Shown: one piece after another, positions 44,839-54,334 of the stretch
Layout of the letters: each line of letters starts with the position of its first letter
Numbering within the stretch: position 1 is the stretch's first letter
NCBI GenBank assembly: GCA_963755275.1
Contig: CAVWJU010000003.1
Location: 236,561-300,560, forward strand
Length of the DNA stretch: 64,000 bases
Reading direction: 5' to 3'
Origin: an uncultured Solirubrobacteraceae bacterium
GTDB taxonomy: Bacteria > Actinomycetota > Thermoleophilia > Solirubrobacterales > Solirubrobacteraceae
Made by a program: the position numbers and the translations under genes
The notes under the pieces: generated by a model
What the model saw: only the letters and a program-made list of their open reading frames with translations
Databases searched by the model: none
What the model was told of the DNA's origin: nothing

Positions 44839-46236
44839 TTATTTTGCGTTTTTCAGCGCGGCGGCGGCATTGTGCGCGGACTGCGCCTTCAGCGCCTCGG
44901 CTTCCTGAATTTCGGCGCGCTTCCCGGCGATGAGGCTGTTGGACAAGCCTGTGATGTCTTTTTCGTACTCCGCAAGCTCGACCTTCATTCGACCGATCAC
45001 GTCCTCGTAACATCGCGCCGCGGTGGAGAAGCGGCCAGATGCCGGCTTCCAGTTCCGCTCGGCCGAGTCGAGCAGGCCGAGATACCGCTCGGCGTCGCAA
45101 TCGGAGCGGTTCATCTGCAGCGCGCCCTCGAAAAACGTCCGCGACTCCGCCAGGCGATTGAGGTTGAAGGCCGCCATCCCGGCCAATCTGTAGATGGCGT
45201 CGTTTCTCATCGCGTTCAACCCGGTGGTGGCATCGTCGAACGCAAGCTGCGACGCTCCGGTGTGCAGCCGGTTCCACGCGCGCCAGTAATATTTCTCTCC
45301 CGGGTTGTTGGCAGCATCGTTCAGCAGCAGATCGTCGAGCAGCGCGATGGCCTCGTCGTGCCGTTTGAGGTAGCTCAGCGACTTCGCGCGGCCGAGGCGC
45401 GCCTGATTTTCGAACCCGGCGATGTTGATAACCGAGTCATACAACGCGAGAGCGTCCGCATAACGGGCATAGGAAAAGGTCACGTTGGCCAGCGCGAACG
45501 TGATTGCCGCGCTGTCGGGCAGGAGCTGGCGAGCCCGCGTGAGCTCGCGAAACGCTCCGGCGATATTCCCTCCCATCAACGCCCGCTGACCGAGCAGCAG
45601 GTGCACCTCGCCAAATCCTGTTTCCATGCCGATGAGCTCTCGCGCCGTGTCGGACGAGAAGGTCGGCTGAAACGTCAGCATGCGGTACTTCACCGAGAGA
45701 TCTGCGGGGTGGGCAGCGACAACCGCGGCTACCTGCGGCTGAATGTCTTTGTATTGCAGGGTCTGCAAGACGAGCGAGAGGTAGACGTACGCGGTCAGCG
45801 CACTGGCATGCGCCTCTTTCTCCAGCTCGGCAATAATTTTCAGCCGCTCGTCTCGAGGCGGGATGTTGTTCAACCCATCCGCATGCGCGAAATACGCCGC
45901 GTAGCTTTTCGCAACCTGCGCCTGCCGCTGCACGGCCGACTCGAGCGCACCGGAATCGGGCATGCGCAGCTCGCGCTCGCGAAACACGATCATCAGATCG
46001 TTCTCGAGCGCTCTCGCCGCCACCGCCGCATCGCCCGACTCGCCGACGAGCGCCGCATACGCAGAGGCGGCCTCTTTGAGGCAGAGATAGCAACCCCGGG
46101 AGGCCAGGCGATCGGCTTCAGCCAGCCGCGCCGCCAGCACTTCTGGAGGAATGTCCGGAGACACCCTGGTCGGCCGAACCGTCCCGCAAGCGAACGCAAA
46201 AGCTAATCCCACGCATGCAGCCAGAACCAATTTCAA
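44839..46236 (-). CDS. TPR-repeat lipoprotein
   Basis: Lipobox-like AFAFAC; helical repeats such as ARYADALALYD and KRHDEAIALLD. Confidence 0.7.
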   Translation of the reverse strand: MKLVLAACVGLAFAFACGTVRPTRVSPDIPPEVLAARLAEADRLASRGCYLCLKEAASAYAALVGESGDAAVAARALENDLMIVFRERELRMPDSGALESAVQRQAQVAKSYAAYFAHADGLNNIPPRDERLKIIAELEKEAHASALTAYVYLSLVLQTLQYKDIQPQVAAVVAAHPADLSVKYRMLTFQPTFSSDTARELIGMETGFGEVHLLLGQRALMGGNIAGAFRELTRARQLLPDSAAITFALANVTFSYARYADALALYDSVINIAGFENQARLGRAKSLSYLKRHDEAIALLDDLLLNDAANNPGEKYYWRAWNRLHTGASQLAFDDATTGLNAMRNDAIYRLAGMAAFNLNRLAESRTFFEGALQMNRSDCDAERYLGLLDSAERNWKPASGRFSTAARCYEDVIGRMKVELAEYEKDITGLSNSLIAGKRAEIQEAEALKAQSAHNAAAALKNAK

Positions 46237-46439
46237 AACTCCGATCGCGGGTCCTGTCGCCGGTCTGCCCCACCCGTCCTCGGCGCCAACGCCACGTGTA
46301 CGTGGGGTGGCGCCTGCGCGACGGGCGGGGCCGCCCCGACCGGCGCCACCCGCTCGGGTGACGTTTTGAAACTGCCTCTCCTCTCACGGAAACCGTTACC
46401 TCGTGTTTTTGGAACGCCCGTCAGCAGTTTGTTATGGCG

Positions 46440-46769
46440 TCAGTCGGGTGTGAGTCGACCTATTGAATCGACGATGATGAACTCCACCGGTGCAGTATGC
46501 GATTCCAATCTCAAGCCAAGCTCCTCCAGCGCCGTAACGAGCGACGGGAGCTGCGAGTCCGGTCTGTCGCCACGATTGAAGCTCCTCAGGGCGCCATGGC
46601 TGGACCGGCAAAAGCAATATGACGAGCAGCGAAAGCTGGAGGGCTCCCCAGCCTGAACCGTGGATGGACGGCACAGGCGAGCCGCAGGGCGCCGAGTCCA
46701 CCAGCAGCGAGCCAGGCCCGCTTGAATCCAGTGGGCCGCGATGTTTGCCGCGAGACGCTCAGCACTCAT
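46440..46769 (-). pseudogene. Remnant of a BlaR1/M56-TIGR03435-type gene (N-terminal TM segment joined to the C-terminal tail)
   Basis: MSAERLAANIAAHWIQAGL... then PSLVTALEELGLRLESHTAPVEFIIVDSIGRLTPD, resembling the C-terminus of the acidobacterial soil-associated TIGR03435 family. Confidence 0.55.
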
Positions 46770-46779
46770 CGTTACCGCC

Positions 46780-47150
46780 GCACTGCGCGACGTCAGATGC
46801 CCGGCAATCTCGCGCAGGTCGTCCTCCGTGAGATGTTGATGGCGGACCGAATGCTGGACGGCTCGGCGGCGCCGCCGAACGCGGAAATCAGCGAACTCGC
46901 ACGCCGTCTCGCCGGCGCCCAGTTGGCGCACGCACGCCGGCTAACGTACAGCTGAATCGGCGCGGCTCACGTTCAGGTGCCCCTTCCGTTCAAGGGATAC
47001 CGCATCGTCATGACCATCATGTTGCCCGCCAATCTGGCGGTCGGGCGCGAAGCATTCGTACACGTCCCGAACGGTAGCGCTGTCGCGGTCCCAGACCACT
47101 TTCATGATTTCGAGCTCTTGCTCCGTCAAGACTGGCAATCGCTTGGGCAT
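46780..47150 (-). pseudogene. BlaI/MecI/CopY-family repressor, multiply disrupted
   Basis: LTEQELEIMKVVWDRDSATVRDVYE, LERKGHL, HLTEDDLREI. Confidence 0.7.
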
Positions 47151-47153
47151 GTC

Positions 47154-47191
47154 TACTAACGAGTTAGTACTAACCACTGTGTGGATGTCAA
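47154..47191 (-). promoter_or_regulatory. Promoter/operator of the blaI-like gene
   Basis: Overlapping palindromes TACTAACGAGTTAGTA (47154-47169) and GTTAGTACTAAC (47163-47174); TTGACA on the minus strand at 47186-47191. Confidence 0.55.
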
Positions 47192-47239
47192 GTATTGAGA
47201 ACAAACTGCTCATAAAGGTGGAGTCGGACCGGTTGCGGG

Positions 47240-47268
47240 TTGACAGCATCTGATGCGTGATGCATGAT
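47240..47268 (+). promoter_or_regulatory. vapBC promoter with autoregulatory palindrome
   Basis: TTGACA-17bp-CATGAT with GCATC-T-GATGC inside the spacer. Confidence 0.55.
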
Positions 47269-47275
47269 GACCCGC

Positions 47276-47506
47276 ATGCGAACCACGCTCGATCTCGACG
47301 ATGACATTCTGCAAGCGGCGAAGGAGCTGGCGGCGCTCAGAAAGACGACCGCGGGAAAGGTACTGTCCGAGCTCGCGCGCAAGGGACTCGCGCCCCCAGA
47401 TGTGCCAACGCTGAAGGTCCGAAACGGCGTACCGCTGCTTCACCCACGTCCGGGATCGCCGGTGATGACGATGAAGCTGGTCAACGAGCTTCGCGACGAC
47501 GAATGA
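47276..47506 (+). CDS. vapB: VapB-type RHH antitoxin
   Basis: MRTTLDLDDDILQAAKELA...GKVLSELAR; ATGA overlap with the toxin gene. Confidence 0.85.
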   Translation: MRTTLDLDDDILQAAKELAALRKTTAGKVLSELARKGLAPPDVPTLKVRNGVPLLHPRPGSPVMTMKLVNELRDDE

Positions 47507-47957
47507 AAGAGAGCGGAGCCGCACTGCTCGACGTAAATGTATTGTTGGCGCTCTTCAATCCGCGTCACATTCATCACGACGTGGCGCACGACTGGTTTTT
47601 CGATCGCGCAGACCGGGCGCTTGGGCGACCTGCGCCATTACCGAAAATGGGCTGATCCGTCTGGCGACGAATCCGGCCTCGCACCTGGAACCGTATCGTG
47701 CCGTCGAGGTCCTCGATCACCTCCGCCACTTCTGCTCCTCGCCCCACCACGTCTTCTGGACCGAGTCGGTTTCCCTCACGGACACGGCGCTCTTCAATCT
47801 TGCCCACATCGGCGGCCACCGGCAGATCACCGACGTTTATCTGCTCGGCCTGGCGAAGAGGCGCGGCGGAACGTTGGTGACACTGGACGACTCGATCCCG
47901 TTGAAGGCCGTCATCGGCGCCACGCGGCGGCATCTCAGCATCCTCGCCGAAGCCTGA
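47503..47957 (+). CDS. vapC: VapC PIN-domain toxin, frameshifted
   Basis: LLDVNVLLALF..HIHH, ITENGLIRL, QITDVYLLGLA, TLD. Confidence 0.85.
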
Positions 47958-48083
47958 CGCACACCGGCGGGATGCCACGTCCCACAAACGGACGCGCGGG
48001 CGCCCTGGAGGTGCGGCTAAAGCCGGACATCAGTTACTCTTGCGACTCGGTTCGCGGGCACGCGGTTTGATAAGCAGGCTTCC

Positions 48084-50616
48084 ATGCTGAGAGATCTTCG
48101 CCACGGACTGCGCGTGCTGATGCAGGCGAAAGCCTGGACGGCCGTCGTGGTGTTGTCGCTCGCGGTCGGCATCGGCGCCAACGCCGTGATCTTCTCCGCC
48201 GCGCACGGCATGTTGATGCGCAAGCTCGCGGTGCACGATCCCGACTCGCTCGTGCGCTTGAGATACGCCGGCGACAACGACATGGTGACCGACTCGAGCG
48301 ACTACGGCTTCTCCGCCGACAGCCCCTACGGCCGGATGCGCACGACGTTTTCGTATCCGATGTATCAGCACTTCCGGGTCGCCAACCAGACCATGGTGGA
48401 CGTGATCGCGTCGGTGCCGTTCGGACGGCTCACCGTCCTCGTGGACGGACGCGCTGAAACCGCCACCGGCGTCCTGGTGAGCGGCAATTTCCACTCGCTG
48501 CTTGGTGTCGAGCCGCGCATCGGCCGCGCGATCACTCCGCAAGACGACAATCCCTCGGCGCCCCCAGTCGCGATGCTCGGCGAGCGTTATTGGAGGACCC
48601 GCTTCTCTGCGGACCCTTCAGTCCTCGGCCGGGTCGTCACCGTTGCCGGCATTCCGGCAACGATTATCGGCGTCACACCCGCGGAATTTTCGGGGGTGAA
48701 TCGCCCGCTCGCGGAGCCCCGCGCATCACCCTGCCGATTGCGCTCGATACCAGGGTGCGGGGCGAGACGCGGCTCGACAGACCGACCAACTGGTTCGTCC
48801 AGGTCATGGGCCGGCTCAAGCCGGGCTTCACCGCCGCTCAGGCGCAGGGCAATCTCGAAGGCGTGTTCCGGCAACAGGCCAAAGCCGGCATGGACGCGTA
48901 CCTGTCGGGACTGACGAACAGGATCGGCAAACAGCGGAAAACGTCAGCCGCACGGACGTTCCGCGGCTCGTCGTCGACAGCGGGAGCCAGGGCGTGTACG
49001 ACGCCAACACGAACGATGCACGAGCCCTTCAGCTCATCGGCGTCGTCGTCGGACTCGTCCTGTTGCTGGTGTGCGCGAACGTCGCGAACCTGCTGCTCTC
49101 GCGCGCCACCGTCAGGCAGCGGGAGCTGTCGGTACGCCTGTCGATGGGCGCCACCCGCGGCCGCCTTGTCCGCCAGCTGCTCACCGAAAGCCTGCTGCTC
49201 GCCGGCCTTGGCGGCGCCGCCGGAATCCTGATCGCCTATTGGGCGCAGACCCTGTTGCCCGCCCCCATAGGTCCCGTGACGCTCGCTCGACCTCCCGGTG
49301 CTCGGCGTCATGATTGGTATCACCGCGATCGTCGGCGGATCTTCGGCATCGCACCAGCCATTCGCGCGACACGCATCGACGCGGGCACCTCTCTGAAGGA
49401 GAAGCAGCCGCAGCGTCGCGCATGGCAGCACGATGCTCAGCCGCGGACTTCTGGTCGCCCAGGTGGCGATCTCTCTGGTGCTTCTCGTCGGCGCCGGCCT
49501 CTTTTTGCGCACGCTCGACAACCTGCGCCATGTCGATTTGGGGTACGACCCCAACAACCTGGTGTTCGTCCGGACGTTCCCGTCGACGGAATACGATGCG
49601 GAGTACCGGACCCGGTTCTTCGAGCAGGGGGTGGAACGTCTGCGCACCGTTCCCGGGGTGCGTGCGGCGACCCTGTCGTTCCGACGCTGCTGTCGGGCGG
49701 CACGAACTACGACCGGCATGTTCGTCCAGGGCCGCGTTCCGCCGTCGCGCAGCGACCGCAATTTCGGCAGCCTGATCGGCATCCACCGCGTCGTCGTCGC
49801 GCCGAACTTCTTCGACGTGATGGGCATTCCGCTCGTTGCCGGCCGCCAGTTCTCAGACAGCGACCACGCGCAAGGCGCCGAAGGTGGCGATCATCAACCA
49901 GGCGGCGATGCGCAAGTTCTTCCCGAACGAAAACCCGATCGGGCAGCGGTTCGGACACGTCGCCTGAAACCTCGGGCGACATCGAGGTCGTCGGCGTGCT
50001 GCGCGACGCGCGGTACAACAGCCTGCGCGAGCCGCCGCCCCCGACGCTGTACGTTCCGTATCAGCAGCGCGGGCCGGACGGCCTGGTCTTCAGCGTGAGG
50101 ACGGCCGGCGAACCGGAGGCCGTCATGGCCGGAATCCGACAGGCGGTCAGCGACATCAACCCGGAGATTCCAATCGTCACCGTGGAAACGCAGATGTCGC
50201 AGATCGAGCGGCGGTTCGCCCAGGAAAAGGTTCTCGCGCAGGCGTATCTGCTCTTCGGAGCCGTCGCGGTGTTCGTCGCAGCCATCGGCCTGTTCGGGCT
50301 GATGTCGTACAACGTCTCGCGCCGCACGCGCGAGATCGGTATTCGCATGGCGATGGGCGCCCAACGGAAAGAAGTTCTCCGCCTCGTCGCCCGTGAGTCG
50401 GTGGTCCTCGTCATCGCCGGCGTCCTCATCGGGCTGGCGGTCGCGGCCGGCACGGGCCATTACGTCGCATCTCAGCTTTTCGGCGTGCAGCCGACCGACG
50501 TGGCGACGATCGCCGGGGCAATGGCCGTGATGTTCGCGGTCGCCGCGACCGCCGGATATCTACCCGCTCGCCGGGCCACTCGCGTCGATCCGATGATTGC
50601 TTTGAGATACGAGTAA
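48084..50616 (+). CDS. ADOP (acidobacterial duplicated orphan permease; MacB/FtsX-like), frameshifted
   Basis: DLRHGLRVL, LAVGIGANAVIFS, CANVANLLLSRA..RELSVR, RTREIGIRMAMGA, terminal RVDPMIALRYE. Confidence 0.92.
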
Positions 50617-50680
50617 TTCCACGTAAGATTGCGCGTCTTTCATCACGGCCCTCGGCGCCGGCCGTTTTCCTGGAGGCCCG

Positions 50681-51966
50681 ATGCGCACCAGAATCATTCT
50701 TCGTCACCGGTCTCGTCGCAATCGTTGCCGCGTTCGTGTCGGCGATCCCGACAAGAGCCCAGCAGGCCGCTGCCGACGCGCCGACATTCAATAAAGACGT
50801 CGCGCCGGTTCTTTTCAAGAACTGCGTCACGTGTCATCGGCCGGGCGAAGCCGCGCCGATGTCCCTGCTGACCTACGAACAGGCGCGGCCCTATGCGAAG
50901 GCGATCGCCAACGCGGTGGTGAACCGCACGATGCCTCCGTGGCACGCAGACGCTCCCGCCGGCACGTTCCATAACGAGCGGCAGCTCACCGAGTCGGAGC
51001 GGCAGACACTTGTCGATTGGTCAAGAGCCGGAGCGCCAAAAGGCGACCACGATCTACCGCCGGCGCCAACCTTCGTTGACGGCTGGACCATTGGCAAACC
51101 CGATCTCGTGCTGCAGATGCTGGAAGAGCGGGCGATTCCCGCCCGCGGCACCATCGAGTACGAACACTTCTACGTTCCGACGAACCTGACCGAGACGAAG
51201 TGGGTGAAGGCGATCGAAGTGCGTCCGGGAAACCGCGCCGTCGTCCATCATGTCCTCCTCCGCACGGAGCAGGCCACACCCAACGCCTCGCGGCTGATTC
51301 GCGCCAACCCGAAAAATGCGGTGGTGACGCAGCGCGAGGGAGTCGGTGAGCGCCCGCGGCGCGCGCCGGCCCCCGGAATGGCGCGTTCGCTGATTGCCAC
51401 GTATGCGCCCGGCACCAACCCCCAGGTTGCGCCGGCGGGAACAGCGTTCCGGCTCGAGCCCGGCAGCGTGCTCGAAATTCAGATGCACTACACCACGAAC
51501 GGCCAGGCGACGACCGACCGCACGAGCGTGGGGTTCGTGTTTTCCGATGAACCATCGCCCCGTGAATTGCGCGCGGGCGATTTTTTCAATGCAGTGTTTA
51601 CGCTGCCGGCCGGCAGTGCCGACGTCTCCGTCGGAACCGACGTCGAATTCCTCGAGGATGCCGTCGTCTTCGGCATCTTCCCGCACACGCACGTTCGCGG
51701 GAAGCGCTGGGACTATAAGCTGGTGATGCCCGGCGGCGAGCAGAAGCCGATTCTCGCGGTGCCTCGCTACGACTTCAACTGGCAGACGTATTACATGTTC
51801 AAGGAGCCGCTGCAGGTGCCGAAAGGCGCCGACGATCGTCTCAACCGCGTGGTACGACAATTCCGCGGCCAACAAGAACAATCCCGATCCGAAAGTCGAC
51901 GTCAAGTGGGGCGACCAGACCTGGGAAGAAATGCAGTACTCGGGAATACTGCTAAGCCAGAATTGA
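50681..51966 (+). CDS. Secreted cytochrome c plus type II copper monooxygenase (PHM/DBH-like) domain protein, frameshifted at both ends
   Basis: CVTCH, MPPW, VVHH, QMHY, PHTH, YDFNWQ, WGDQTWEEM. Confidence 0.75.
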
Positions 51967-51996
51967 GAGATGGGCTCAATCTGCTAATTCAGCGAG

Positions 51997-53004
51997 CTAT
52001 CCCAACGGGCGAATAGGTACCGCGAGCCTGTAGGCGGTGTCGTTCGACGACGACGACCAGCCCGCCATTCGGATCGATAGCGACGCCGACCAGTGATTGC
52101 CCCGCGACGACCAGCTCTGTCGAGCCGTCGGCTCGCACGCGATACAGGCCGTTCGAGCCTGCCAGGGCTTCGATGACATACAGCGCACCCTGGGAATCGA
52201 ACGCGATTCCCTGCGGACGGCCGAAACCCGAATACACGCGATCGAGCTCGCCGGAGTCGGGATTCAGTTTGTAGACGTGATCGTAGGGACCGAGCGTCGG
52301 CGCCGACACGTAAATTGAACCCTCGGGCCCGACCGCAAGATGAAACGCGGCGATGCTCGGCGGCAGCGTCGCAATGGTGGTGACCGTCCGATCCGGCTGC
52401 ACCGTGAAGATCGTCCCAGAGCGATCGCCGACGTAGAGGACTCCGTCGCGAGTCGAACACAAGGCCGCACGCGATGCCGAGATCGCTTGCGTAGGTCTCG
52501 TGCGTCCCGTCGGGGAACACCTTGTAGACCGAGCCCTCGAACCGGCTCGACACGTAGAGCTGCCCCGACGCGTCGAACGTCATCGACGTCGGGTTGACGA
52601 TTCCCGAGACGTACGACTCGCGGCGGCCGGTCGGGCTGACGCGGAAGATCGAGACAGGCACCTCCTGCCCGCGCGTTCCGCTATAGGTGACGTATAGATT
52701 GCCCTCGCGATCGAACACCGGGTTGTCCACCTGATGCAGCCCGGTCGCAAGCTCCCGTGCCCACCTCGAGCAGCGCGGTTTCGCCCGGCACGCCTTCCAC
52801 ACGGACGGCCGTCTGCCCTCCGTCGAGGCCCTGGGGGACGAGGACGGAAATCGTCGAGGGTGACGCGAAAACGGCGCGCGCCGGCGTTTCGCCGAACGTG
52901 ACGTCTGGCAGGTGCGGACGATCGATGGGGAAACCGGAGCCGTGGATGGTGACGCGGCCACCTTCCACCGCCCAATGGGGTTGTATTGATGTCAGCCGCG
53001 TCAG
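51997..53004 (-). CDS. IPT/TIG plus SMP-30/NHL beta-propeller protein, frameshifted; boundaries approximate
   Basis: [15 protein letters not shown] start; repeats [35 protein letters not shown]. Confidence 0.7.
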
Positions 53005-53535
53005 GACTCGTCCAGTTCAGCGTTCCAGTACAGGAAGTCGCGCCAGCTATCCGGCGCGTTGCGCAATCCGATCGTAATACGGATGGCGGGCACCGACTCC
53101 GGCCGTTTCGGATATTTGACCAGGTGCATGCCGGCTTCGACCGGCGTGCGCCCCCCTTTCCGGCGGTTGCACGAGACGCAGCAGGTGACGATGTTCTCCC
53201 AGTCCTTCCGGCCGCCTTGCGCGACGGGCACGACGTGGTCGAACGTCAACTCGCTCGTGGGATACAGCGTCGCCGCAGTACTGGCACGAGTGGTTGTCGC
53301 GCGCGTAGATGTTCGCCCGGGAAAACGGAACGTAATCGAACCGGCGTTTGATTTTGATGTAGCGAAGGAGGCGGATGACGGAGGGCAGCTTGATGCTGAA
53401 GGACACTGCCCTGATTTCCCGGTCGTAGACCGAGATCACCTCTACCTTCCCCTGGCAAAGCAGCGTGATGGCCTTTTGCCAGTTGACGACCTTCAGAGGC
53501 TCATACGTCGCGTTGAGGAGTAATGTCTGTTCCAT
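53001..53535 (-). CDS. HNH endonuclease (McrA-like), frameshifted
   Basis: [44 protein letters not shown]. Confidence 0.9.
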
Positions 53536-53649
53536 ACCGGACGTGCAAAGATTTTCGCGTGAAGGTTTGCGCCTGTCAAGTTACTGTAAGGACTGTACTT
53601 CGCCGCCTCAAGGTGCCGATAATGCTTCAGATGGGACGCGCTATTAATA

Positions 53650-54234
53650 ATGACGCTCGCGCTGGCCGTGTCCTCTGCCGCCTGCGCCTCGTCTGGCGCC
53701 GTCCCGCGGCCGTTTCCGGGCGCCACGGTGGCAAACGCACGCCTCCGCTCCGAGGCGCAGAGCTACGGCGCGACACCGTCGCACCCGACGCACCTGGCGC
53801 AGCCTGTCGCACCTGGCGCACCTCAACGCACCTGGCGTCACTTCGGCGGCGAAGCGATCGTTCAGTTCGCGATGGGATTCCGCGGGGTGCCCTACCGTCT
53901 GGGGGGCGCCGATCCGGCGGGTTTCGATTGCAGCGGTCTCGTCCAGTATGTGTTCGCGCAGTACGGCGTCTTCGTTCCGCGCGTGGTCGAGCAGCAGTAC
54001 GAAGCCGGCAACAAGGTGAAGCCGTCCGACATCAAGCCGGGCGACCTGATCTTCTTCAATACGAAGAAGCGCGGCGACGGCGTGTCGCACGTCGCCATCG
54101 CCATCGACGAGACGACCTTCGTCCACGCGCCCAATTCGACGGGCGTCGTCCGCATCGAAACGCTGGGATCCTCCTATTGGGGCTCGCGCTACGTCGGCGC
54201 GCGCAGAATCAAGCCCGCCTCTCCTGCCAGCTAG
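53650..54234 (+). CDS. NlpC/P60 (C40) peptidase, probable lipoprotein
   Basis: GVPYRLGG..GFDCSGLV, PGDLIFF, SHVAI, FVHA. Confidence 0.9.
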   Translation: MTLALAVSSAACASSGAVPRPFPGATVANARLRSEAQSYGATPSHPTHLAQPVAPGAPQRTWRHFGGEAIVQFAMGFRGVPYRLGGADPAGFDCSGLVQYVFAQYGVFVPRVVEQQYEAGNKVKPSDIKPGDLIFFNTKKRGDGVSHVAIAIDETTFVHAPNSTGVVRIETLGSSYWGSRYVGARRIKPASPAS

Positions 54235-54334
54235 CCCCACACAGATACCAGGCCTCGATAAACCTGCCAGCGAAAGCGTGCGGGTTGGCGGCCGCGTGGT
54301 GCGTATAATCCAGCCGATCACGTACCGTCGAAAG

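Noticed and set aside
48011-48029. Acidobacterial REP-like GTCCGGCTAAAGCCGGAC element
   Set aside because: Only one degenerate copy (gtgcggctaaagccggaca) is present, too little to support from this window alone.
53001-53535. HNH as a homing endonuclease, IscB/Cas9 relative or restriction system
   Set aside because: It is a stand-alone ~177-aa McrA-like family protein with no RuvC, intron, methylase or flanking repeats.
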